From positions 15,567,968-15,631,824 of the forward strand of contig NC_058132.1 in assembly GCF_016433145.1 (NCBI RefSeq): a stretch of 63,857 nucleotides of DNA, in the 5' to 3' direction. The position numbers were made by a program, and so were the translations under genes. This document shows, in pieces, positions 24,746 through 36,579 of this stretch (the first letter of the stretch is position 1; each line of letters opens with the position of its first letter). Source of the stretch: Gracilinanus agilis (Eukaryota). The notes beneath the pieces are model-generated. The model ran no database searches. It had not been told where the DNA came from and worked only from the letters and a program-made list of their open reading frames with translations.

Positions 24746-26714
24746 GCCTTCAAGGAGTTTCTCATTTATGAGAGGGAATAAAAAAATAATTATTCTATTT
24801 ATATAACACTTAAATACTTTCAAAGTGCTTAACATAATATCTCATTTGACTGGTCAGTTATCAAACACTTACTCTATGCCAAGTACTGTGCTAAGAACTA
24901 AGAATACAAAAACAAGATTATAACTGACTGCCCCCATGGAGATTACACCTATTAGGAGAAACATTTCACGTATAAATGTAAATAGGAAAAAATGCAAGAT
25001 GAAAGAGAAGGAAGGACACTAACAGCTGGGGGAGCCAGGAGAGGATTCATGGAGAGGGATTTCAAGGGGCAGAGGAAAGGAGGAAATGCATTCCAGATAT
25101 CAGGGGATGAATGTGCAAAGGTTTGGGGATGGGAGATGTGTGAGGAACACTAAGTAGGTCAGTATGGCTGGACTGAGGAGTTCAGGGAGGGAAATGATGT
25201 ATAAGCAGAATGGAAAGATGTCAAGATACCAATGCAAAAAACTATGCTAACATTTCCTAATAAGTGAATTAAAGAAGTATCAAAAACAACATGAGGAAAT
25301 GAGAAATCAGGACCCCATAACCTTTCTGGATGTCAAGAGAGTGGATATCTGCAGATACAGAAGAGAGAGGAACGCACAGGCATTATTCTTCACAGGCAAA
25401 AGTGGAATTTTCCCCATCGTAGTGACATACTCATTTCTGGTCAGAGCCCCATCTGGAGTAGCTCATTCAGTTGTGAACACTATTGTTGTTGTTGTTCAGT
25501 TGTTTCAGTCATGTCTGATTGAAAACCCATTTGGAATTTTCTCAGAAAAGATACTAGAAGCGTTTTACCATTTCCTTCTCCAGCTCATTTATATAGAGGA
25601 GGAAACTGAGGCAAATATGGTTGAGTGATTTGCCTAGAGTCACACAGCTAGTAAGAGTCTGAAACTGAATTTGAACTCAGGTTTTCCTGCCTTGGAACTG
25701 ACACTCAGTATTGATTCGAAGACTAAAGGTAAAGGTTTAAAGAAGAAGAATCTGGATAACCATTTGTTAAAGATGTTATTGAGTGGTTTTTGTTCAGGAA
25801 TGAATTGTATTAAATGAGCTTGGAGGTTGTTTCCAACACCAAAATATTGTAAATTATTATATATGTATATATGGAAATATATATGTTTGTATAGGTCTGC
25901 CTCATCCTTTGTAATTAGTAAACTCTAAAGTTTCTTTTTTCCAGCCTTTTTTTGAGGAGGGAAATTATAATAATGTCTCACATTTTGATAAAACTTTAAG
26001 GTTTACATAACACTTTGTTTAAAATGAACCAGTTAGTTAGCTAGTGCAAGAGTCAATGTTTCATTAAAGTAAAGGAAATGAAGTTTTCAGAAAGCTGACA
26101 CAGTGAAGGTGAGAGGTGGGATTCGAATCTTGGTCTCCTGACTCCCAAACCAGCAGGTTCCAACTGTTTGTTTAATACACCCCACAGGGAAAGAGGGGCT
26201 GAATCCATAAAGGAGGGCGTTCTTGATGCCACTCTGAAAGGAGTTCTTGGGTAGCAAAATGTTGATCTTTGGCTTTTTTTTGCCAGAAAAATGAGTTTAA
26301 TCACAGAGTAAAGGAATAACTGGAGGGATGCCCAGGGTAGGACCAGAAAATGATGTGCCTTCCCTAGAGACAGAGGATTCAATGTTTTCTGTGTTCTTTT
26401 TTTTTTTTTTCAGTAAACGCTTATCTTCTGTCTTAGAATCAATACTAAGTTTTGTTTCCAAGGTAAAGGATTGGTCAGGCTAAGCAAAGCAACTGGGATT
26501 AAATGACTTGCTTAGCATCACACAGCTAGGAAATGCTCTTTCCACGTTTTTTCCAGCAATGCCTGTGATACAATATCACATATTATCCCTGTGAAAAAAA
26601 TAGAAATCTATAAGCTAGATAAGTGCCTTGAAGAATAGTCCTGAAGAGGTCAACATTAACTTGGAAGGAGGGCCCTAGTACAAAACCCTTGGACCAATGC
26701 TATTCACCATTTTT

Positions 26715-27125
26715 TTATTTAAAATTTTTATTTTTATTTCCCCATAGTTACCTATTTCATGTTCTTTCCCTCTCTCCCAAGCCCCCCTACCCCCCCCCCT
26801 TAGGCGACACACAATTTCACTGGGTTTTACATGTATCATTGATCAAGACCTAATTCCATATTATTGATAGTTGGACTAGAGTTATCGTTTAGTGTCTTCA
26901 TCCCCAATAATATCCCCATCAGCCCGTGTGTTCAAGCAGTTGTTTTTCCTCTGTGTTTCTCCTCCCACAGTTCTTCCTCTGAATGTGGCTAGTTTTCTTT
27001 CTCACAAGTCCCTCAGAGTTGTTCTGGATTATTGCGTTGCTGCTAGTAGAGAAGTCTGTTACATTCAGTTGTACCACAGTGTATCAGTCTCTGTATACAA
27101 TGTTCTCCTGGTTCTGCTCTTTTCA
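26715..27125 (-). mobile_element. 5'-truncated L1 3' end with 15-bp TSD
   Basis: T-rich tail on the left and marsupial L1 3'UTR sequence; TSD ctattcaccattttt at 26700-26714 and 27126-27140. Confidence 0.88.
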
Positions 27126-28520
27126 CTATTCACCATTTTTAATTGGTAATTTGGATGAAGGCATAGATAACATGCTAATAAACTGGCAGATGATCTGAAT
27201 GTCTGAGAGGCAGCTATCAAGTTCTGTGTCAGAGCTGAGATTTTAAAAGGTTTACGTTTATAGTGAAGAAAAATAACAATAATCTTTATTAAGTGCTTTG
27301 TAAACCTTAAAGTGTTATATGATCACTAGCCAGTATTTTTATTATTAAAAATATCAAACACTGGAGATTCTCTTAGGTCTTTTCCATTTCAAAATCTATG
27401 TTCCCATGAACATGGGCAAACCATCTAATCCCTCTAAGTCTTACCTTTCTCAACTGTAAAATGGGATTAATAACTATCATGTTATCTGCTTCACAGCTGT
27501 GTCATCCTGGACAAAACACTCCATGCTCACAAAACTGATCACCATGCATTCGTTGCCTTCCCTGTGACACTGCTAGAATTTAAGCTCTTTAAGGGCAGAG
27601 ACTGTCTCTTACTTTCTGTCTTAGAATTAATATTAAGTATTAGTTCCAAGGCAGGAGAATAGTAAGGGCTAGACAATTGGGGTCTCTAGGCTTGGCTCTC
27701 TATCCACTGAAAGAAGCTCTGTTTGGGGATTTTTATCTCTCAGAACTTAGCCAGTGCCTGGCACATAATAAATGTTTGTTGAAGATGATAATGATGCCTC
27801 AAAGGGAGAGGTAGAGAAGGCAGCTAAGCGACTTAGTGCATTGAAAACCAGACCCAGAGATGAGAGGTCCTGGGTTCATATCTTGCCTCACACATCTGCT
27901 CTCTGTGTGATGCTGGACAAGTCACTTAACCCCCATTGCCTAGCCCTTTCTGCTTTTCTGCCTTAAAACCAATACTTAGTAATGATTCTAAGACAGAAGG
28001 TTTTTAAAAAGTTAAATTACAATTTTAAAAAAGAGAGAAGAAAATCTAAGGAATAAAATATTAATAAGAGCTTGAAACTTCTATAACAACCAGTGTACCT
28101 TCATGTTGACCCACCTTCTCATCCTTCCCATTGGATAGGACCAAGGAAGTAGCTGTTTTAATCATCATGGAATGCTTAGGCAGGTAAAGAAACTGAGTCT
28201 CAGGAAGGTAAGCTAGCTTGGCTGGACCACATTGTAAGTGTTTGAATTGGAATTCGAACAGAGATTCCAAATTGATCATTTTAAGAAATGCTATTAATGT
28301 CATTTTTATATTGTTTGGCTTATGATTCCAGCCTGATGAGATGTTTTTTTTTTCAAATAAGCGATGTTAATTTAATTCTTCCAAATAATTAGTAGTATTC
28401 ATAAGTATCAACATTTAAATTTATTTCAAGTATCTTCTCAACTTTTCAAGCTTTCCCTCTAAGCATTCAACAAGATTTAGGATTCTTTATTCATTTCTGC
28501 TATATCATTCACTCTTAAGG

Positions 28521-28715
28521 NNNNNNNNNNNNNNNNNNNNNNNNNNNNNNNNNNNNNNNNNNNNNNNNNNNNNNNNNNNNNNNNNNNNNNNNNNNNNNNN
28601 NNNNNNNNNNNNNNNNNNNNNNNNNNNNNNNNNNNNNNNNNNNNNNNNNNNNNNNNNNNNNNNNNNNNNNNNNNNNNNNNNNNNNNNNNNNNNNNNNNNN
28701 NNNNNNNNNNNNNNN
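28521..28715. other. Assembly gap (195 N) next to a (CT)n tract
   Basis: Run of N. Confidence 1.
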
Positions 28716-30929
28716 CTTTCTCTCCCTCTCTGACTGTCTGTCTGTCTCTCTTTCCCTCTCTGTCTCTCTCTCCCTCTTTGTCTGTCTTTCTCTGTCTATA
28801 GAGAGACAGAGATTCTGTCTTTATTTATTCTAAGGCAGAAGAGTAGTAAGATCTAGGCAATGGGGATTAAGTGACTTGCTCAGGATCACACAGTTATGAA
28901 GAAACTGAAGAGACTGAGGCTAAACTTGAACCTAGGACTTCCCATCCTCAGGCGTGGCTCTCTCTTTTTGCTCATTTCATAAAAACAAACAAAAACAAAC
29001 AAAAAAACTAATTATTTGTAGTTTTCCTAAGGAAGTGTCTTCGCCTCCTGTGTTCTCCAGCTTCAATCAGTTCTCCACAAAGATGTCAAAATGATGTTCT
29101 CAAAACACATTTATGAATAGGTCTCTTTTATACCACCAAATCTTCAGTGTTTCCCTATTACCTCTTGGAAAAAGTAAAGTTCCTCATCCTTACATCTAAT
29201 ACCATTCACAATAGCATTTTTATCTCTCACTACCACATGTGAGTTTCTATCATATATAGAAGGACATTCCTCATCACTCTAAATTTCAGAATCCCTAGTT
29301 TCCTTCAGGACATAGCTCAGCTGTCATCTCCTAAATAAAGCCTTTCCTGATCAGCACAGTTATTAACACCCCTTCCTTCTAGTATTCTGTCATAAAAAAA
29401 TATGTGTTATTGCCCATTATCTTTGCACAAATCATGGTCTTGAAATCCAACATGAGCTGAGTGAGGAAAGGGAATGTATCATTTCTGTCTTTGTCCTTCC
29501 ATTTCTCAGCACAGTGCCTCCTCTATAGTTGGTATTTAATTAGCATTTAATTATCTTTTTAAAATAATTCTTATGAATATGAATATGTAATAATAAAAAT
29601 TCACTTCTAAGAAAAGGATTGGCTGTAATCTGTCAATTTTGAGATACTGCACTATTTTTTAGCATTAAGTCTTTTAAAATAAAACATAGAAGATCAAATA
29701 AAGTGGTAAAAGATAAAATGTTATTGTGAAGGGCATTAGATGAGAGGAGGAGGAGTTTTACTTTATCTAGGATATGACAGAGAACCACAGAAGATTTTGG
29801 GGACTAAGAGTGACCTATTCAGAAATGTGTTTTAAGAATATCACTTTGACATCCTTAGGGAGAACTTATTAAAGATGGGAAACACTGGAGAAAAATAAGT
29901 TCCTATCAAGTACCTGACCCAATGCTAAGCACTGGAGATTCAGACAAAAATGATTCCTGATCACAAGAAACTTATATTCTACTGGGGAGGGGGAGACAGA
30001 TTAAGTTGTAATTCAAGGATGGGGAAAATCTCAAAGAAAGGCTAGATGTGGGTGATGTGGGTCTCTAATATGAACCTTGAGTGGAGCTATGGATGTCAGG
30101 AAGCAGAAGATAGGTGGAAGGGATATTTCAGGCATGGGGGACAACATATACAAAGGTGTGGAGGTAAGAAATAGAATGCTATGAATAAGGAAAGAAAAAA
30201 AAAGTAAGAAGACCAGTTTGATTTAGTCACAAAACACATGAGGGAAAGCAATGGGAAGCAGATCTATAAAAACAGGTCATAATCAGACTGTGAAAGGAAA
30301 AGGAAAAGAGTAAAGCTTGTATTTTATCCTAGCCATAATAGAGATTCACTGAAGATTCTTGAACAAGAGAGTAACACAATTAGACCTATCCCTTAAAAAT
30401 AACATTTTAAAAAGTTAATATATAGGATGGATAAATGGGCGGAAGTTAGACTGAGGTCAGGGAAACAGAGCAGGAGACTTCTTTGGTAGTTCAAGTGAGA
30501 GGTTGGAAGGCGAGAAGCTAGGTGATTCAGTGCACAAGAGATGGGAGGTTCTCAGGCACTGGCTTCAGACACTTCCTAATTGTGTGACCCTGGACAAGTC
30601 ACTTAACCCCCATTGCCTAGTCCTTACCCCTCTTATGCCTTGTAACCAATACACAGTGTTGATTCTAAGATGGAAGGTAACTTTTTTTAGAGTTTATGAG
30701 GGCATTAGGAAAGCTAAGAACTGAGATTAGACATACTGAGAAAACTGAATTAGAAAAAATGAGGAACTGAATGAATGGAGGAAGTAAAAGGGAAATAACA
30801 TTATTTTGGAGATGTGAAATTTAAGATGGCTAAAGAGAATCCAGCATTCACTTGGCAGTGTGGGACTATAACCTAAGAGAGATATCATATCAATTATAGT
30901 TCTAAGGAATTGGGGGCCCTTCCTGGGTA

Positions 30930-32740
30930 TGGATCAGACTGTAGACCAAAGGAACAGTAATGACACCTCTCACCATAACATACCATATTAAAAGAACTGA
31001 AAATTCCCAAATCCCAGTAACTAGCTCTGAAAACAAAAATGCAAGAAAGCTTGAAACGTGAGATAGAGTCACTTCCCATACATGCTAGGAGTGGAGCCCA
31101 ACATTAACATAAATTACCAAATCAAGAAATGGGGTGAAAGAATGAATCAACAACCAAAAAAGAACATAACCATAAAAATCTGCTATGGCGATATGGAACA
31201 CAACCCAGAAGACAATGAAGTCAAAACAGCTACAAGCAAAGCCTTTGAGAAAAATATGAATTGGACATAAACCTAATAAGAATTCCTAGAAGAGCTAAAA
31301 TTTTTTTTTCAAAATGAAATAAGAGTGGTAGAGGCAAAATTAGGTAAACAAATGAAAGCAGAGGAAGAAAATTAAGAAAAGACAACGTATAGCTTGTCTT
31401 TCAAAAGGCACAGAAAAATAACACCCTAAGAAGAGAATAGGACAAATGAGAAAAGATACAAAAATTCACTGATGAAAATAACTTCTTAAAAAGCAGAGTT
31501 AGCCAAATGGAAAAGAGATATGAGAGCTCACTGAAGTAAATAATTTATTAAAAACTAGAATTAGGCAAGTAGATGCTAATGACTCCATAAGACAAAAAGA
31601 AACAATAAAACAAAATGGAAATTTTTAAATAGCAAAAATGTAAAATATCTCATTGGAAAAATAATTTACTTAGAAAATAGATCAAGGAAGGATAATTTAA
31701 GAATTATTGGATTATATAAAATCCATGATCAAAGAAAGAGCCTAGAAACAATATTTTCAAAAAATTACCAAGGAAAACTTCCAATGTTCTAAAACTAGAG
31801 GATAAAATAGAAATTGACAGAATCCAATAGACACTACCTGAAAGAGATCCCCAAATGGAAACTCAAGAATAGCATAGTCAAATTCCAGACTTCCCAGGAT
31901 AATAAGAAAACATTTGAAGCATCCAGAAAGGAACTATTTAAATACAATGGAGTCACAGTCAGGATCACACAAGATCTATCAGCTCCCACTTTAAAGAAGT
32001 GGAAAGCTTGGAATATGATATTCTAGACAGCAAAAGAGTTGGAACTACAACCAAAAATAATCTACCCAGAAAAACTGAGTATAATCCTTCCAGAAAAAAA
32101 ATATTTAATGAAATAGAGGACTTTCAAGTATTCTTATTGAAAAGATTCAAGTTGAATGGAAAATCGGAGGTTCAAATATAAGATTCCTGAGAAACATAAA
32201 GAAATAAGTATGAAAGAGAATAAAGGTCTCTAAAACAAATGTTATCATTATTAAGACAGTTTGAAGTATTCTATATAGAAAGAGGGTACATGAAGGAGAC
32301 AATCATATTAGGATGACATAAAAATGGATGGGCAAGAAAGAGGATGCCTTAGGAGAAGGGAGAAGGGAGAGGAAGAATAAGGGAAATTATTTCACATAAA
32401 AAATATTCAAGGAAAAGCTTTTACAAAAGAGGGAGAAAGAACAGGGAGGGGATAGCAATGTTTGAACCTCACTTCAATCTAAATTGAATCGAAAAGGAAA
32501 TATATGTGTTTTGATAAGATAAAATTACTTTGATCAATAGAGAAGGGGGAGAAAAAAGGGGTAAGAGAAAAAGGGGTGATAAAAGAGATGGCAATTAAAG
32601 AAGGCAATGGTCAGAAGCAAAACAGGCTATAAGAAGGATAGGATTAAAAGAGAGAAAAAGAGAAAAAGAAGAAAAGAGTGGAGGAAAATGCATTGTTAGC
32701 AATCATAACTGTGAATGAAAATGAGATAAACTCATTGGAT
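30930..32740 (+). mobile_element. Degraded L1: 5' region, ORF1 remnant and start of ORF2
   Basis: ORF1-like peptides QQPKKNITIKICYGD..EDNEVKTATSKA and IVKFQ..KYNGVTVRITQDL...KAWNMIF with frameshifts; ORF2 start ITVN at about 32702. Confidence 0.85.
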
Positions 32741-33119
32741 GGTGGTATCCAGAGTGTAAGATTGTGACCTATGACTTTATGAAAAATGTAGATCACTTTT
32801 ATCATAACTGTAAATGAGAAAAGAAGCTCCAACCATCCCATGGGAAAACTTACACATGACCATCGGCCATCCCTCACATTATGCCTTCTTTGTTCTGTTT
32901 CTATATAACATCTGATCTGGTCCAAGGGAGGTTGTAAGAATCCATTGCTCTGTCCTGTCACTGCCACAGAGTTCACCTCATAAGTAAGCTGACTTTACCA
33001 TCTTAATTATTCCTATAACCCTTTTAAATCAACATATAAAATCCATACCAGCATGATCTGCATCTTTCTTTGGAATCAAAGTACCTTCCTCTTATGGTGG
33101 GGTTATATCTTTGAATGTG

Positions 33120-33250
33120 TCCATATATTCACCTATAAAACAAAAGCTGATAACAGATAAACCAGAATCCAACAATAATATTGTTTACAAGAAATACACT
33201 TGAAACACAGAGTCACATAGAGTTAAAATAAGAGGCTGGAGTAGCATCTA
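33120..33250 (+). mobile_element. L1 ORF2 endonuclease fragment
   Basis: Encodes a degenerate version of NPTICCLQETHLK..THRVKIRGWS. Confidence 0.7.
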
Positions 33251-33548
33251 TGGTGATTTAGCTAAAATTAAAAAGATTGAAGTGCCAATTAGTTATAAGC
33301 TACAAAGCCTCAATCAATCACCTCACTTTTTCCCATCCTTTGTTTTATTATCAAATTTTTAAAGGTTCAGATTACATTATAAGGTCCACAGCTCAGATTC
33401 TTTAAGTTCTCTTCACTCTAGTTCTTTATTCAGAGACTAAATGACACTTCTCAAGAATGATATATTGGATGACCAGGTATGTGTTAGACTAGATGTCTCT
33501 TGGGGATATTTCCAACTCTGAGAGTCTATAATTTAACAATGATTTTGG

Positions 33549-34108
33549 TGTTGCAAGTGAAATCTAGTAGACTAAGACACATTTTCTCCAAGCAAGAAGA
33601 CATTTAATTAACAAGGTACAAACCTGTCAATAAGATGGATCAATAAGACTGCCTCAGTTAGCCAAAAGAACCCAAGATAGAAACTCAGTTTCTTTTTATA
33701 AGATTAGAACAGAGAACAGAACAGAGTAGATGGAGAATATAATACAATTGGTTATAAAGTTGATAACATGTGGTTGAGAACAACATAATTGGTTATATAG
33801 ATAAGGAGTGAGGAGCAATATGATTGATTAGAAGTTGGGAATGAGGGGCTATGACCAACCTTCTCCTTCCTTCTTGTGAATAAGAAATGTTCATTGTTTG
33901 AGTCCACATGCAAGGCCAAAGATAATAGTCCAGAATTCTTTTGGATTATAATCCAGACATCCATTAAGGAGAGCTTTGTGGTATAAAGATACTAGATCAG
34001 ACTCGCTGGTGTTCACTTGCATCGTCCAAGAATAACAGTATTCTTTGAGATAGAATAAAACAGTGATTATTAGCAAGAAAATTGGATTTCTAAACTTAAC
34101 ACGTAACA
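33549..34108 (-). mobile_element. Solo LTR-like element directly 3' of the second OR10 gene
   Basis: In minus-strand order: TGTTAC start, CCAAT boxes (33792-33788, 33751-33747), TATAAAAA (33700-33693), ATTAAA (33608-33603), ...gcaaCA end. No TSD found, so the upstream boundary is uncertain. Confidence 0.55.
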
Positions 34109-34288
34109 GACCATCTGAGCTTCTACACTAAATTCAGAGACAAAGAACCATGACAGGCAGTTAACAGACAAAATCAATTAATTATAAATACAAAAAATGA
34201 TACAGAATCAATCTCCCTGGAAAGCAATCTCTGATCTCTGGATATTGACTATCAGAGGTCCCATTCCCCTTTGGTTTGCCATTAGGGC

Positions 34289-35260
34289 TCAGGTTGTCTT
34301 CAAACCACTTTTCTTCCTACCCAATAATCTCCACAGAGCAACTTTCACCTCTTTGTTCCTCAGGCTATAGATGATGGGGTTGAGCATGGGAGTAACAAGA
34401 GTGTAGGACAGGGACACAATTTGTTTGCTCTCAGGAGAGTAAGTAGACTTGGGTTGGAGGTGGATTACACAAGCAGTGCCATAGAATAGGGCCACAACAA
34501 TAAGGTGGGCTGTACAAGTAGACAGGGCTTTATGGCGCCCAGTAGCAGACGGCATCTGAATAACAGCTGCCAGGACATGACCATAGGACACGATGATGAG
34601 GGAGAAAGGTACCATCATGACAAACACAGTGGCTACAAGAACATAAGCCTCAAAGAGAGAAGTGTCAGCACACACTAGCCTTAGGAGTGGTGCCACATCA
34701 CAGAGGAAGTGGCGAACCCCTCGGGGTCCACAAAATGGGAAGCGAAAGAGCCAAATGGTAAACAGCAAGGAAACTGGGATACCCGTCATCCAGCACGCCA
34801 ATGCCAAAAGAAGGCAGAGTCTGGGGTTCATGAGGACCCCGTAATGCAGTGGGTGGCAGATGGCCACATAGCGGTCATAAGCCATCACAGTCAGGAGGAA
34901 GCACTCTGATGTGACACAGGACAGAATGAGAAAGAGTTGGAGGGCACAGCCTGTCAGAGAGATGCCCCTACCAGCCACCAGGCTTTCCAGCATCTTGGGT
35001 ACGATGTCCAAGGAGAAGCAGATCTCCACCAGAGCCAGGTTCCGGAGGAAAAAATACATAGGTGTGTGGAGGGCAGCGTCAGCCACAGTCAGGAATACAA
35101 TGAGGCCGTTTCCCAGCATGGTGATTAGAAACATCCCCAGAAACAACACAAAGAGAAGCGGTTCCAACCTAGGAATGTGAGAAAAACCCAAAAGAAGAAA
35201 TTCCCCAATTGAAGATTGGTTGCTTCTCGCCACAGTCACAATGGGATCCATTAGGTCCAT
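34289..35260 (-). CDS. Class II olfactory receptor, family 10 (OR10A-like), intact paralog of 38..1000
   Basis: Same motifs as the first copy with about 41 aa differences over 307 aligned residues. Start is Met 35260 (MDLMDP...NQSS); alternative Met at 35251. Confidence 0.95.
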   Translation of the reverse strand: MDLMDPIVTVARSNQSSIGEFLLLGFSHIPRLEPLLFVLFLGMFLITMLGNGLIVFLTVADAALHTPMYFFLRNLALVEICFSLDIVPKMLESLVAGRGISLTGCALQLFLILSCVTSECFLLTVMAYDRYVAICHPLHYGVLMNPRLCLLLALACWMTGIPVSLLFTIWLFRFPFCGPRGVRHFLCDVAPLLRLVCADTSLFEAYVLVATVFVMMVPFSLIIVSYGHVLAAVIQMPSATGRHKALSTCTAHLIVVALFYGTACVIHLQPKSTYSPESKQIVSLSYTLVTPMLNPIIYSLRNKEVKVALWRLLGRKKSGLKTT

Positions 35261-36536
35261 TCCTTCCCAGGAGTTCCAGAGAGCATAAGGAAGTGATGAG
35301 CTCAAGGAGATAGCAGGACCTGGTTCTAAAATTAAGGAAAATCCACTGAGAAATGGGACTATACTTTCTCTATCAAAAGTTATCACAATTGTCAATATAG
35401 GCAGAGAATTCAAACCCTACCTCTGAAATTGATCATTCCCATGAATAAGTCAGATTCTCTGCACTTTGTGGAATCTCATTTTCCTCAGAGGTAAAATTAC
35501 TTACCCAGATAGAAGCAGAATCAACACTGAATACAGGCCATCTGACTCCAAATTAAATGTTCTTTCCAACATATCTTATGGTCTTTGTTACTTTTTTTAT
35601 TAGGTCAAGAAATGGCAGATCAATAATCCACAAGCTCCACTGGTATCCTCATGATGACAGGAGAAAGCAAAGAATACTAGCACATTGGATGGACCCCCCC
35701 CCCCACGGCAAATTTATGCATGTACCTACGCAAGAGTTCATCAGGTAACCATGGAAAAAATTTTTTTCTAAAAAATAAAATTTAAAAAAAAAAGAGTTCA
35801 TCAGAATGGGCTGGCACTAATCAATAGAATCTGCAACACTGGAGGAAAGATTCATCTTCGAGATCACATACCTACTTGAGTATTTTAAACAAGAGATTTA
35901 ACTTGGGTGAAAGGAAGTGTTGAGTGAAATACATTTGGCTAAACATGGTAGAGGTTTCCTTTTTTCTTGAAAACCACGACTCCTGCACCTTCACAGATTA
36001 GTTTGAGTTTCCATGACCAACAGAAGACACCATCATTACGTACATAGCCAACATTCTGGTGCCGAGACTCTCCTTTACAAAGTTAATGCTCTGACAATAG
36101 GCACGGTCAGACAGCCAGGCTACACTCAAGAGTCTTTGGAAATTGGTGGAATAAAATAGATTATGGACTTCTTTTTTTGCACTCTTTAGAAATGAAGATG
36201 CACTGTCATGCTCTACCTCTTATGGGAAGGTAAACCTGACTGCCTTAAACATTATTTTTTTTTTTTTGCTCCTCCTCCAGTTATTATGTGTAGAGTTTTA
36301 AGTCTATATGGTAAGATGGTAAGAATCTGAGCTCAAGGACTGATTTTACTTTGTTTCTCTTTGAATCCTCCAAACTTGGCATAGTCTTCCTTAGAATGGG
36401 TTTTTAATAAATTTTTTGCTACCCTGGATTGGAGAGTCACTTCCATGCCAAGATGAGTCATCAAAGGTGACATTAGTGGATGGGTTTAAAATTTGATGAG
36501 TTTGTAGGAATTCAAATTACTTCATATTTATTTATT

Positions 36537-36538
<2 letters not shown>

Positions 36539-36577
<39 letters not shown>
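36539..36577. repeat. (TG)19 microsatellite
   Basis: Pure tg run. Confidence 0.98.

Positions 36578-36579
<2 letters not shown>

Noticed and set aside
26360-26370. Consensus O/E site TTCCCTAGAGA in the tail-to-tail interval
   Set aside because: Isolated, with no convincing adjacent homeodomain site, so expected by chance in 64 kb.
33068-33090. 17-bp match ttggaatcaaagtacct shared with about 58520
   Set aside because: Too short, with no extended flanking homology. It is probably chance or an old repeat.
35499-35541. GTAAGT donor with an in-phase ATG upstream of the second OR10 gene
   Set aside because: An in-frame TGA lies between the ATG and the donor, and the sequence is a MIR remnant.
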